From positions 1 through 46,126 of IMG/VR virus record IMGVR_UViG_3300022936_000192: 46,126 nucleotides of DNA; one strand, written 5' to 3'. Source of the DNA: a virus. Lineage: Duplodnaviria; Caudoviricetes. Below are positions 33,955 to 44,005 of this stretch, one piece after another; within the stretch, counting starts at the first letter, position 1, and each line of letters opens with the position of its first letter. Under the pieces are notes generated by a model, which ran no database searches, was not told the DNA's origin, and saw nothing but the letters and a program-made list of their open reading frames with translations. The position numbers were made by a program, and so were the translations under genes.

Positions 33955-36900
33955 ATACGCAAAGCTGGTCATCTCGGTTGACAGCACATCCGCACGGAAG
34001 GCCGATAAGGATTTGGGTGCGCTCGATAAGAGCGCGGCCAACCTGACGTCAGGGCTGGGGAAGTTGCTCGGCCCGTTGGTGTCCGTGGCCACCGCTATGG
34101 CGGCGCTGAACAAGGCGGCAGATGTGCAGCGCCAGTTCGATGTCCTGAACTCCGGCCTGATCACGGCCACCGGCAGCAGCGAGAAAGCGGCTGTAGCTTT
34201 CAAAGCGCTGCAAACCTTCGCCCAGAAAACCCCTTATGACCTGAACCAGGCGGTAAAAGGCTTCACGCAACTCGTAAACCTTGGCCTCACTCCGTCTGAA
34301 AAGGCTCTGACGTCATACGGCAATACAGCTTCGGCAATGGGCAAAGACCTCAATCAAATGATCGAGGCCGTCGCTGACGCTGCCACGGGCGAGTTTGAGC
34401 GCCTGAAAGAATTCGGAATCAAGGCGAAGACTAGTGGCGACTCCATTGCCTTCACCTTCCAGGGCGTTACCAAAAAGATCGGCAATAACGCGGCAGAGAT
34501 TGAAAAATACCTGACAGATCTTGGTGAGAACCAATTCGCGGGAGCCATGGCTCTGCGCATGAACACCCTTGATGGCGCCGTCGCCAACCTGGGCGACACA
34601 TGGGATAGCACGTTCCGTCTGATCAACGAGGCCGGTCTCGGCACGCTGATGCAGGACTCGGTAAATGCTGTAACTGACGCCCTGAGCGAGCTGAATAGCC
34701 AGATTGGGTCAGGGCAGATGGAGGAGAATCTCTCCGCCGCCGCTTCCCAATTCGCTGCCTTTGGTGCAGACGCCACAAAGTCTCTCCAAATGCTCAAGGA
34801 TTGGTGGGATACGCTTTTTGATGCGGACCAGCAAGGCGGGATGGCTGCCTCGGCATCGGAAACAGCGAATTTCGTTAGCGATGCATTCGCATCTCTGCCG
34901 ACCAACATCCGCGCAATGGTCCAGATCGCGACCGTAGAGATAGCCTCGTATTTTGACCGCCTGATCGCCCAGGCTGTCTTCGCTAAAGACGCAATAGCCA
35001 CGGCGTTCTCTGACGACACCGTTGAAGATGCCGCTAACCGGTATCAGCAATCTCTCAACGCAACTAACCAGGCTCGCGCAGACAGCATCGTCAGCATCCT
35101 CGAAGAGCGTGATACCGCTCTCAACTCATTCAAAAAGCAGCGAGAGTCAGCACTCGACAAGCGGAAAGTCTTCGACGAGGCCGCAAAAGCTGATGCGGCC
35201 AACACTACCGACCGGCTTGCACAGTTCAAGGTACTGGGGGACGGAGCTAAGAGCCAATATGAGGCCGATAAAAAGGCAGCGAAAGAGGCTGAGCAACTCG
35301 CTAAACAGCAGGCCAAAGCACTCAAGGACCTGCTGGCGCAGAACGAAATCTCGGTCAACTCCAGCAACGCAATGACCGACGCCTATCTGGCTGGTGCTGA
35401 CAGCGTCCGCGAGTTGACCATCCAGCAGAAGGTTGAGGAAGAGCTTCTTAAAACTGGTGCCGCTGCTCGGGATGCGGTCACCTCGGCCGTTAACCGCGAA
35501 GTCACAGCCAAAGACCGTCTCGACATCGCCCAGTCCATCGCGAACATGCGGGTGGAAGTCACTCAGACCCTGGCCCAGGCCCAGGCCACGCTCCAGGGCA
35601 AAACCGCGCTCGAAGCCTTCAACATTCAAAAATCGATGTCCGTTGCGCTGTCTGGCAAAAACATCGAGTACGGCAGTAAGGAATACGAACTCCTGCTTCA
35701 GCAAACCAAGGCGCAACTGGAGGCCAACAAGGCGCTGGAGCAGGCGAGTTCGGTCGAAAGCATTGTTGACCGTCTGAACCCGCAAATCAAGCTACTGAAG
35801 GAATACACCGCCGAGCAGGATGCGCTTAATGCGGCGATTGCCCGCTATCCGGAAAATGCTGCGCTGTACCAGGATGCTCTGGCGAAGCTCGGCAACGAGT
35901 ACCAGATCAACCAGAGCAAGGCCACGATCTGGGGCCAAATGACCGAAGGTGCGGTAGATCGCATCGACGGCGTGTTTGCCGATGCATGGGCCAACATCGG
36001 GAGCGGGGCGGACAATCTGTGGGACAACCTCATCAAGGGTGCTAAACAGGCCTTTGGCGAAATCGCTCACATGCTCACCACCAAGCCGCTGTTGGCGTCG
36101 ATCAGTAATTGGCTGACAGGCACCGACAATGGGCAGGGCTTGTCCTCTGTGTGGGGCAAGCTGCTCGGCAGCGCTGGCGGATCTTCGTCAGGCGGCGGCA
36201 GTATGTTTAGCGGCCTGGCTGGCATCGGGCAAAACCTGCTTTCAGCCTGGAACACCATCACTGGCGTTGGCTCTTCCGTGGCTTCTGGCTACGCATCGGG
36301 CGGCATCAGCGGCGCAATCTCGGGCGGTGCCGGTTATTACGGCAACATGCTCAACGGCATTGCAACCACGCTTTCGAGCGGGTTCACCAGCCTGATTGGC
36401 GGCAACATTGCGATCACTGGCGCGACTGCTGCCGCTTCCGCTGCAACGACCGCTGCGCTCACTGGAGTTACTGCCGAGGTCGCTGCAAGCACTGCCGCCA
36501 CAGTCGGGGCAGAGGGCATTACAGCTGCAATGCTGAGCGGTGCGGTGGCCGAAGGAGCTGCCTCTGTAGGCACAAGCATCGGGGTGGCCGGCGCGACCAC
36601 GGCAGCGGCCTCCAGCGGCATGACCGCTGCACTTTCCGGCGCACTCAGCAGTGCAGTAGCCATGTGGCCGCTGGCAATCGTCATGGGCATGTACCAATCC
36701 GGCAAGCTGTACGACGCCGGGGTTCGCCCAAGCATGAGCGATATGCAGGCTACCGGCGGCGACACTGCGCTGGGCAAGGCCACCATGGCTCCGATTGCGC
36801 TGCAGTCCGGCATCATGGAGCTGACCGACAAAATCAACAGCAAGATTGTTGGAGGGAAGCTCGCTGCAATCCTCAGCGGGTCGACTTTGCACCAGGCTGT

Positions 36901-39064
36901 TTGGGGCGCGGTCGGCAAGAAGCTGTTCGGCGGTGGCTACGAGAACAAAGACTCAGGCATTCAGCTCGACGTGACCGATGGCGTCTTTGACGCTGGTGGC
37001 TTCGTGAAGCAGAAGAAAAAGGGCGGCCTGATTTCGGGGTCAAGCAAAACCCGCTATCTGCAGACCGATTTGGCGCCGGAACTGGAAGACTCGCTGGGTG
37101 CTGCGTACAACGACAAAGTCCTGAACTCGATGGGGCTGTTCTCGGCCCTCGGCGTCACCTTGAGCGAGACAGTGCTAGACGGCCTGACCATGGGCGTGAC
37201 CCGGATCAGCACCGAAGGCCGGACTCAGGAAGAGATTCAAACAGACCTGGACGCATGGTTCACGTCTCTGGGCAATTCCGCTGTAGCTGCAATCAGTGAC
37301 GCGACCAACTCCGGAGTAGCCAACTACACCTTCGACGAACTGACGACGTTCACGAACAACCTCTACTCCATCAACGACATGTTCAAACTGCTGAACATCA
37401 ATGCGCTGCCCGTGACGGTCTGGGGCGGCAAGTTGACAGAGCAGTATGTCGCGATGGCGGGCGGAATGGAGGAAATGCAGTCTGCTGCAACCTCCTATTA
37501 CAACGCGTTTTTTAGCGAAACAGAGCGGGCCGATGACACACTTGCAGCTGTCCAGGCACAGTTCAAGAGCCTGAACCTGACGCTTCCTGATACAGCACCT
37601 GGCTTCCGGGCGATGGTTGAAGGCATCGACAGCACGACAGATGCTGGCCGGGCGATGTATATCCAGCTCATGGGTCTGAGCAGCAGTGCAGCATCTGCCT
37701 ACTCGATTCTGGAATCTCGCGCCAAGGAGGCAGAGGCAGCATCGGACGAAGCCTCCCAAGCAGCATTGGACGCCGCCCAAGCCGTCAAGGACGCATTGCT
37801 CGGAGTGGTCAGCAATGCCAGCAGCGGCGTAAGCCGAGCCGTCGAAGCCGAACGGGACGCTGCAACCAAGGCCTACAACGCCCGCGTCGCATCGCTCAAC
37901 GACATGTCCGCAACGGCAGCGCAGAGCGTTACCGACCTGTCTACCGTCAGCAACTCGCTTGAATCGGCGCTCAAGTCCTTGCGCGGCACGTCTGACGATG
38001 CCGTGAAGACCTTGCGCGCCCAGGCTCAAGCGACGCTCCAATCCGCATTGGCAACGGCGCGGGCGGGCGGTTCTCTGTCGGGCTTCACCGGCCTGGAAGA
38101 TGCGCTGGATACGGTAAGCGACAACAACACAGACCTGTACTCGTCGCTGGAAGACTTCAATCGGGACCAGGGCCGGACAGCCAACGTCGTCGCCGAGCTC
38201 AATGCCATCAACGGCAAACAGCTCACTGCCGCCGAGAAGCTTCAGGAAAGTCTGGATAGTCAGATCGACCTGGCAAAAGAAGCTTACGACGCGCAGATGG
38301 CTCAGTTCGACGCGCAACTCGACTTCGCTCAGGCCCAGATGGATGCGCTCAACGGCGTAGACAATTCGGTCCTGAGCGTCGTCGATGCCGTCAACGCTAT
38401 GAATGCGGCGGTTGTGGCTGCGCTCGGCACTGTGAAGTCGGCTACCCCGGCCAACACTGGGACGCTGATCGACTCGGTTTATCAGAACTTGCTGGGGCAG
38501 GGCGCAGACGCGGCCGGCAAAAACTACTGGCAGGGTCAGGTCGGCAGCGGCGCGGTCGGCATGGACCAGCTTGCAGGCGCGATCAAAAACGCCGCCATCG
38601 AAGACGCTATCAAGACCGCCTATCAGCAATCGTTGGGTGGGGCTGCCGATGCGGCCGGAGCGAAGTACTGGACCGACCAAGTTAACTCAGGCGCGCTGAC
38701 GGTTGCTCAGCTTCAACAGGCAATCGCCAATGCGGCCAAGGCCAACGGTTCGGCCGCAAGCGTTCCGGGATATGCATCCGGCGGCGACTTCGGCGGCGGT
38801 CTGCGCCTTGTCGGCGAGAACGGTCCTGAGCTGGAAGTGACAGGCCCTAGCCGGATTTTCAACGCAAACCAGACGGCAGCAATGCTCAATGGCGGCGGTG
38901 ATTCCGGGGCAACTGCGGCAGAGGTTCGGGCACTGCGCGAAGAAATAAAGAGTAACGCCATTCACATGGCGCAACTGACGAAGGAAGTCGCTGATGGAAT
39001 CGACACCCTCGTTCAATCTGGCGTGCAGATCATCGGCACAGTTGATACCAAGGCGGCCGCATGA
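33947..39064 (+). CDS. Tape measure protein (1705 aa) with C-terminal DUF4214-like repeats
   Basis: N-terminal tape-measure domain (FAQKTPYDLNQAVKGF), Ala-rich helices, Gly-rich hydrophobic centre, C-terminal GYASGG..VGENGPEL. Confidence 0.93.
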   Translation: MSEYAKLVISVDSTSARKADKDLGALDKSAANLTSGLGKLLGPLVSVATAMAALNKAADVQRQFDVLNSGLITATGSSEKAAVAFKALQTFAQKTPYDLNQAVKGFTQLVNLGLTPSEKALTSYGNTASAMGKDLNQMIEAVADAATGEFERLKEFGIKAKTSGDSIAFTFQGVTKKIGNNAAEIEKYLTDLGENQFAGAMALRMNTLDGAVANLGDTWDSTFRLINEAGLGTLMQDSVNAVTDALSELNSQIGSGQMEENLSAAASQFAAFGADATKSLQMLKDWWDTLFDADQQGGMAASASETANFVSDAFASLPTNIRAMVQIATVEIASYFDRLIAQAVFAKDAIATAFSDDTVEDAANRYQQSLNATNQARADSIVSILEERDTALNSFKKQRESALDKRKVFDEAAKADAANTTDRLAQFKVLGDGAKSQYEADKKAAKEAEQLAKQQAKALKDLLAQNEISVNSSNAMTDAYLAGADSVRELTIQQKVEEELLKTGAAARDAVTSAVNREVTAKDRLDIAQSIANMRVEVTQTLAQAQATLQGKTALEAFNIQKSMSVALSGKNIEYGSKEYELLLQQTKAQLEANKALEQASSVESIVDRLNPQIKLLKEYTAEQDALNAAIARYPENAALYQDALAKLGNEYQINQSKATIWGQMTEGAVDRIDGVFADAWANIGSGADNLWDNLIKGAKQAFGEIAHMLTTKPLLASISNWLTGTDNGQGLSSVWGKLLGSAGGSSSGGGSMFSGLAGIGQNLLSAWNTITGVGSSVASGYASGGISGAISGGAGYYGNMLNGIATTLSSGFTSLIGGNIAITGATAAASAATTAALTGVTAEVAASTAATVGAEGITAAMLSGAVAEGAASVGTSIGVAGATTAAASSGMTAALSGALSSAVAMWPLAIVMGMYQSGKLYDAGVRPSMSDMQATGGDTALGKATMAPIALQSGIMELTDKINSKIVGGKLAAILSGSTLHQAVWGAVGKKLFGGGYENKDSGIQLDVTDGVFDAGGFVKQKKKGGLISGSSKTRYLQTDLAPELEDSLGAAYNDKVLNSMGLFSALGVTLSETVLDGLTMGVTRISTEGRTQEEIQTDLDAWFTSLGNSAVAAISDATNSGVANYTFDELTTFTNNLYSINDMFKLLNINALPVTVWGGKLTEQYVAMAGGMEEMQSAATSYYNAFFSETERADDTLAAVQAQFKSLNLTLPDTAPGFRAMVEGIDSTTDAGRAMYIQLMGLSSSAASAYSILESRAKEAEAASDEASQAALDAAQAVKDALLGVVSNASSGVSRAVEAERDAATKAYNARVASLNDMSATAAQSVTDLSTVSNSLESALKSLRGTSDDAVKTLRAQAQATLQSALATARAGGSLSGFTGLEDALDTVSDNNTDLYSSLEDFNRDQGRTANVVAELNAINGKQLTAAEKLQESLDSQIDLAKEAYDAQMAQFDAQLDFAQAQMDALNGVDNSVLSVVDAVNAMNAAVVAALGTVKSATPANTGTLIDSVYQNLLGQGADAAGKNYWQGQVGSGAVGMDQLAGAIKNAAIEDAIKTAYQQSLGGAADAAGAKYWTDQVNSGALTVAQLQQAIANAAKANGSAASVPGYASGGDFGGGLRLVGENGPELEVTGPSRIFNANQTAAMLNGGGDSGATAAEVRALREEIKSNAIHMAQLTKEVADGIDTLVQSGVQIIGTVDTKAAA

Positions 39065-39984
39065 GTGACATGAAAGTGGTGCCGGGGATAGAGATAACCC
39101 CGGCCAAAATGATCGCCAATGCGTTGCCGGATATGGATTATGCGGCATACGTCCCTACCAAGGCCTATGCCGTTGGCGAATACGTCACCATTGACCGGAT
39201 CAACTATCAGTCTCTGCTGGCAAACAACACAGGGAAGAATCCGGTAACCGATACGTCGTCGCCCCCTGCTTGGCAAAACATGGGGTGGGTAAACAAGTAC
39301 CGGATGTTCAACAAAAACATTGGGAATACTTGGAAGATCGGAACATTCACCGCCGCACCTGAAGTTATCGACTTCACGATTCGCCCGGGACAAAGAGTTA
39401 ACGCCATCGGGCTGGTCGGGGTTCGTGCCTCCTCGGTGCGGATAGTGATGACGATTCCGGGCGTTACCGATCCGGTCTACGACAAAACGTTCTCCATGTC
39501 GCTCAAGGCTGGCGGCAGCTGGTACCAGTATTACTTCGGCCAATTCACCACACGTGACAACCTGGCTGAGTTCGATCTTCCTCCATATAACAATGCGGAT
39601 ATTCGCGTAATAGTCAGCGCCCCCGGCAGTACGGCGCAGGTCGGGATGATGGTCGTCGGCTGGGGTAAGTCGATTGGTACAGCTGTTTATGGCACCTCAT
39701 TGGGTCGAAAGAAGTATTCGACGATCAGGGAGGAGTTCGACGGCAGCATCACCATTACCAAGCGTGGCAACCGGCGCTCTATCAACTTTCAAGTTGAGCT
39801 AAAGGGCGACCAGATATCCAGTACCCAGCGGATTCTGGACGAGGTTGACGACACTCCAGCCCTCTACGTTGGATCCAGCGATCTTGATTACACAGTAATG
39901 GTCGGGATCTTCGACGACTTCGACACCGGTCTCCCGACCTACAACCGGGGCCAGTACACACTTAAAGTAAGGAGCCTCGCCTAA
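39061..39984 (+). CDS. Tail tip protein with N-terminal CBM5/12 (chitin-binding)-like motif
   Basis: YVPTKAYAVGEYVTIDRINYQSL...PPAW; position after the TMP. Confidence 0.65.
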   Translation: MSDMKVVPGIEITPAKMIANALPDMDYAAYVPTKAYAVGEYVTIDRINYQSLLANNTGKNPVTDTSSPPAWQNMGWVNKYRMFNKNIGNTWKIGTFTAAPEVIDFTIRPGQRVNAIGLVGVRASSVRIVMTIPGVTDPVYDKTFSMSLKAGGSWYQYYFGQFTTRDNLAEFDLPPYNNADIRVIVSAPGSTAQVGMMVVGWGKSIGTAVYGTSLGRKKYSTIREEFDGSITITKRGNRRSINFQVELKGDQISSTQRILDEVDDTPALYVGSSDLDYTVMVGIFDDFDTGLPTYNRGQYTLKVRSLA

Positions 39985-40667
39985 TGGCAGCCATAGCACC
40001 TGTTTTATCGCTTCTGCCTTCACCGCCATTGCCCACGGACGCCGAGGCAGACTTTGACGCCAAGGCGGGCGCATCGCTTACGGCGCAAGTGCAAATGGTT
40101 GTGCAGATCAACGCCTCGTTGGTCTGGATGGCTACACAGGTCAATGCCTGCGAAGGGTATGCGAACTCCTCGGCAACCAACGCCCAAACGGCCAGCAGCG
40201 CTGCCGCCAGTGCTGCTGCAATTGCTGCAGCTATTGGCAGTCAGGCAGGCCTGCCAAGCATGGTGGGTAACGCCCGGCGCGCCCTGGCCGTTCTTGCGAA
40301 TGAGCAGGGCGTCTCTTACCAGACCCAGATCAAGCTGATCGCCATTGATCCAATGTTGAAGTCCACGGCGGTGACTGGTGCGCTTGCACTAAACATCGGG
40401 ACCACTGGCGTTTTTGATCTAACGCTGACCGGGGCGGCGACCTTGTCGTTTTCTAACCTGCCAACACTCAGCGCCACCGAGTCGATGATCATCTTGATTC
40501 GGGTAACGCAAGGGGCCACGGCGTTTGCGCTAACTTGGCCTAGCGGAATTACCTGGATTGCAAGTGGTGGTGTAGCGCCCGCAACGCCTAACGCGGGCAA
40601 GCGAACCGAATACATACTGACGCTTGAGGGGGGCTCGCTGTACGGTCGCAAAGGGGCCTCGACATGA
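39984..40667 (+). CDS. Tail fibre/adaptor protein
   Basis: Ala-rich stalk plus C-terminal LSFSNLP..LTWPSGITW domain typical of tail fibre proteins. Confidence 0.7.
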   Translation: MAAIAPVLSLLPSPPLPTDAEADFDAKAGASLTAQVQMVVQINASLVWMATQVNACEGYANSSATNAQTASSAAASAAAIAAAIGSQAGLPSMVGNARRALAVLANEQGVSYQTQIKLIAIDPMLKSTAVTGALALNIGTTGVFDLTLTGAATLSFSNLPTLSATESMIILIRVTQGATAFALTWPSGITWIASGGVAPATPNAGKRTEYILTLEGGSLYGRKGAST

Positions 40668-42277
40668 CTATAAAAAAAATTATCCTGAGCTCCGAAGAGG
40701 TCAAGGAATCAGGGGAGGCGGTTCTCACGGGCTCAGGGACATTTGTCGTACCTAATGGCGTCGATTCAATCTCAATTCTCCTGATTGAGGGGGGTAATCC
40801 CGGAAGCACAGGCGGGGCGTTCGTCATAGGGACGGGGGGCGTAGGCGGGCAAGGGGGGCTCGGCGGCCGAAAACGCTACCTCAATAACTATCCCGTCACG
40901 CCAGGTCAGTCTTTCACCTATGCCATATCATCCGGGGCCGCAAACTTCGGATCTATTCTCACGGGCTCTACTGGCGGAGTAGATGCAGGCAGGGCGGGGC
41001 AAGGCGGGACCGGCGGAGGCGCCGCAAGCGGGCAAACCGCGAAGAGCGCCGGAGGCTATCCGGGCGGCCCCGCCTCTATTTTTGACGCGGGAGTAGTTTA
41101 CGATTTTCTCACGACCAACTACGGCAGTGGGGCAGGCAATGCCGGCCTGCGCCCTGGTGGCGGCGGTGGCGGCGGTGCAAGCGGGGCCAACCTGCAGGGT
41201 TCGACAGATGGGTCGGTAGGTGGAGCAGGAGGCGCCGGAGCGATCTATGTACTCTGGTCTGGCTCACAGAGGGAGTTTCCTGCCACTCGTACCCCGTATG
41301 AGGCGGGCGGATCTATAGTGTTCGACCCTCGCGGACTTCCTACCGACGCAGGAAAGTTCGCCACTAACGGCTCCGGGACATGGATAGGTATTAACCTAAC
41401 AAATAACGCAGGTCTTCGCGGTACGGTGTACCGGTCGACAGACAATGCGCAAAGCTTCATAAATACGGGCGTTGCAAGGGACGCGCAGTTTAGCGGCATT
41501 GCTTACGCAGCTGGCGCTTTTCTGATAATGCTGGCGGCCTCGATAGTTGTCGGCGGGACTAGCGTTAATGCCGCACTTCGGTCCACTGATAATGGACAAA
41601 GCTGGGAGCTGATAACATTCGCCATAGGCAGTTTTAACGGACCGGCGGACCTAACGTCTTTTGGCGATAGGTTCTTCATGAACTCTATGTCAACTGGCTC
41701 CTCAGATAACAACTTCGCCTACAGCGATAACGCCGGTACAAGCTGGACGTATCGGCGTGAAGGATCGGCAGGAACAGCGCCAGACAGGGCTACGTCGATA
41801 GTTCGGGCAATTTCCAGTACCGTCGTATTGACCCGAAGAAATCCAGTAACGTCCGGATCCTATTTGACGAAAGACCTAACAAATTTCACCTCGGAACTGA
41901 TGTCTGACATATCAAAAGTGGCGGGGTATTCATACTCTATAACCACGATAAGTGGGGGCAGGTTGAATTACTCCACTAATGACCTCACTTCCAGCACATC
42001 TATTGCAGGGCTCACTCTTGCCGCAACATTGCAGAATTCGTTTCTAGTCCCGTTATCGGACAGAGTGCTGGCTGTCGCAGCGTCTCAAATATATCAAGCG
42101 GTTGGCCCGTCAGGTTCGTTTGTTGCACCATTTCCCATTGAGTTCGCAGTCGGAAGCGGTAGCCCGATAATAAGCCCGGGCTTTAAAGTAGCCGCTGACG
42201 GATTTGGGAAAGCAATTATTTCACTAAACATTGGCGGCAAGTCGATAAACTATAGGGTGAGTGCATATGCTGTATAA
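40664..42277 (+). CDS. Putative receptor-binding tail protein (Gly-rich domain + BNR/Asp-box repeats)
   Basis: SGTFVVPNGV..GGGGGG Gly-rich domain; Asp-box-like RSTDNAQSF, RSTDNGQSW, YSDNAGTSW. Confidence 0.75.
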   Translation: MTIKKIILSSEEVKESGEAVLTGSGTFVVPNGVDSISILLIEGGNPGSTGGAFVIGTGGVGGQGGLGGRKRYLNNYPVTPGQSFTYAISSGAANFGSILTGSTGGVDAGRAGQGGTGGGAASGQTAKSAGGYPGGPASIFDAGVVYDFLTTNYGSGAGNAGLRPGGGGGGGASGANLQGSTDGSVGGAGGAGAIYVLWSGSQREFPATRTPYEAGGSIVFDPRGLPTDAGKFATNGSGTWIGINLTNNAGLRGTVYRSTDNAQSFINTGVARDAQFSGIAYAAGAFLIMLAASIVVGGTSVNAALRSTDNGQSWELITFAIGSFNGPADLTSFGDRFFMNSMSTGSSDNNFAYSDNAGTSWTYRREGSAGTAPDRATSIVRAISSTVVLTRRNPVTSGSYLTKDLTNFTSELMSDISKVAGYSYSITTISGGRLNYSTNDLTSSTSIAGLTLAATLQNSFLVPLSDRVLAVAASQIYQAVGPSGSFVAPFPIEFAVGSGSPIISPGFKVAADGFGKAIISLNIGGKSINYRVSAYAV

Positions 42278-42830
42278 CTTAGAGGCAAAAACACAATTCA
42301 CTGAGGCTGACTTTCGCCGCCGCTTTCCAGATGTTGGCTTTCCAGAAACTATAGAAACGCACAATATTCTAGAATACGGCTACGTAGTGATCGATCGCGA
42401 CCCAGCGCCCGCAATTGGTCCAGGGGAGACGCTGGAGCCGGGCGATCTAAGAATAGAAGGGAATGAGGTATTTCAGTCGTGGGTGGTTGTCCCGGCCACT
42501 GCATCCAAGTGGGCACCGCTCATTGCCGCACGCCGCTATGAGGCAGAGGTATCAGGCACCACAGTGAGCGACATCCCAATCGACACCGGCCGCGACAGCC
42601 AAGGCCTTATCACAGGCGCAGCGGTACAGGCCATCATCGATCCGGAGTATTCGCTGCACTGGAAAACCAGCGGTGGATTCATTGAGTTGTCTGGCGCTCA
42701 GGTGCTCGGCGTGGCGTCGGCTGTCCGAGCGCATGTGCAAGCCTGTTTCAATCGTGAAGCCGAGCTGCTGGACGCTGTGGCCGATGGATCGATCACCGCC
42801 GAAATGCTCGATCAGGGCTGGCCCTCCTAG
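42267..42830 (+). CDS. DUF4376-family tail fibre assembly-like protein
   Basis: IAARRYEAEVSG..DTGRDSQ..WKTSGGF..VRAHVQACFNRE. Confidence 0.85.
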   Translation: MLYNLEAKTQFTEADFRRRFPDVGFPETIETHNILEYGYVVIDRDPAPAIGPGETLEPGDLRIEGNEVFQSWVVVPATASKWAPLIAARRYEAEVSGTTVSDIPIDTGRDSQGLITGAAVQAIIDPEYSLHWKTSGGFIELSGAQVLGVASAVRAHVQACFNREAELLDAVADGSITAEMLDQGWPS

Positions 42831-42858
42831 CCGCCCACCACACATCCCGAATATCCCC

Positions 42859-42880
42859 GGCCGCCTTGAGCGGTTTTTTT
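42859..42880 (+). terminator. Terminator-like hairpin before the endolysin
   Basis: GGCCGC-cttga-GCGGTT-TTTTT. Confidence 0.6.
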
Positions 42881-42898
42881 GTGCCCGGAGAAAGCGCA

Positions 42899-43510
42899 AT
42901 GCCCATCACCGCGCAGCAATTGCTGCAGATACTCCCGAACGCCCGCCAAGTCGCGGGCGTTTTTGTGCCCGCGCTCAATACGGCCATGACTCAGTTCGGT
43001 ATCACCACGCCGCTGCGCATGGCTGCATTCTTGGCTCAGGTCGGGCATGAGTCGGCGCACCTTACCGCTGTCGTCGAAAACCTGAACTACAGCGCTTCCG
43101 CGTTGCAAGCTACGTGGCCGAGCCGGTTCCCTGCCGCGCTGGCCGCCCAGGTGGCGCGCAAACCCGAGCAGATCGCCAACATTGCCTACGGATCACGCAT
43201 GGGTAATGGCCCGCCGCAGACTGGCGATGGCTGGAAATTCCGGGGCCGTGGCCTGATTCAGGTTACTGGCTGGGTCAACTATCAGGCGTGCGGTGCCGCG
43301 CTGGGCCTGGACCTGCTCAACAAGCCCGAACTGCTGGAGCAGCCGGTCTACGCTGCTCTGTCGGCTGCGTGGTTCTGGCAGAGCAATGGTCTGAACGCGC
43401 TGGCAGACAATCGAAAGTTCGAGTCGATAACCAAGCGGATCAACGGCGGCCTCAATGGCCAGGCCGACCGCATGGAGATTTACGCTCGGGCGCTGGAGGT
43501 GCTGGCATGA
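42899..43510 (+). CDS. Endolysin, glycoside hydrolase family 19
   Basis: AAFLAQVGHES, ENLNYS, DGWKFRGRGLIQVTG, SAAWFW, ITKRINGG. Confidence 0.95.
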   Translation: MPITAQQLLQILPNARQVAGVFVPALNTAMTQFGITTPLRMAAFLAQVGHESAHLTAVVENLNYSASALQATWPSRFPAALAAQVARKPEQIANIAYGSRMGNGPPQTGDGWKFRGRGLIQVTGWVNYQACGAALGLDLLNKPELLEQPVYAALSAAWFWQSNGLNALADNRKFESITKRINGGLNGQADRMEIYARALEVLA

Positions 43511-43968
43511 ACGGCCAATTCCTCGACCCATTGCTTGTGCAGGCCTACGCCAAAGGCGAATGGGTGCTGATGGCCGACTTCAGGTACATGGCAGCCGACG
43601 GCACGATCTACACCGCGCCCAAGTACTTCATTACCGACCTCGCATCGACACCCTGGCTGGTGAAACCCTTCCTGACCGGCATCGAGGACCGGGCCTGCGG
43701 GGTGATCCACGACTATGCGTACTGTCAGAACAAGCTAACCCGCGCCCAGTGCGATGCGCTGTTCTACGAGATGCTGCTGGCCACTGGTGCGGATCTGCGC
43801 CGGGCTCAGTTGATGTTTTCCGGCCTGCGCATCGGCGGAGGCTCACGCTACCGGCAGTGTGCGGGCGGCATGAAGGTCGAGGACCTGGCCTTTGAGCTGA
43901 TGACGCCTGCCGAGGTGGCCGACTGGAAGCTGCGCCTGCTGGTCATTCATGAGCCTGTCGCTGCCTGA
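43507..43968 (+). CDS. DUF1353-family protein
   Basis: FITDLASTP..IHDYAY..RAQCDALF..GLRIGG; ATGA-coupled to the endolysin. Confidence 0.85.
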   Translation: MNGQFLDPLLVQAYAKGEWVLMADFRYMAADGTIYTAPKYFITDLASTPWLVKPFLTGIEDRACGVIHDYAYCQNKLTRAQCDALFYEMLLATGADLRRAQLMFSGLRIGGGSRYRQCAGGMKVEDLAFELMTPAEVADWKLRLLVIHEPVAA

Positions 43969-44005
43969 CTGATTGGCTATACTTTCCGACTCAAAGGAGT
44001 GAGCC

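Noticed and set aside
37175-38680. 501-aa minus-strand ORF opposite the tape measure gene (similarly 23198-24082 and 24530-25372)
   Set aside because: Shadow ORFs of GC-rich coding strands; no recognisable domains.
39984-42830. Invertible tail-fibre cassette or diversity-generating retroelement
   Set aside because: No inverted fibre fragments, invertase, reverse transcriptase or template/variable repeat pair seen.
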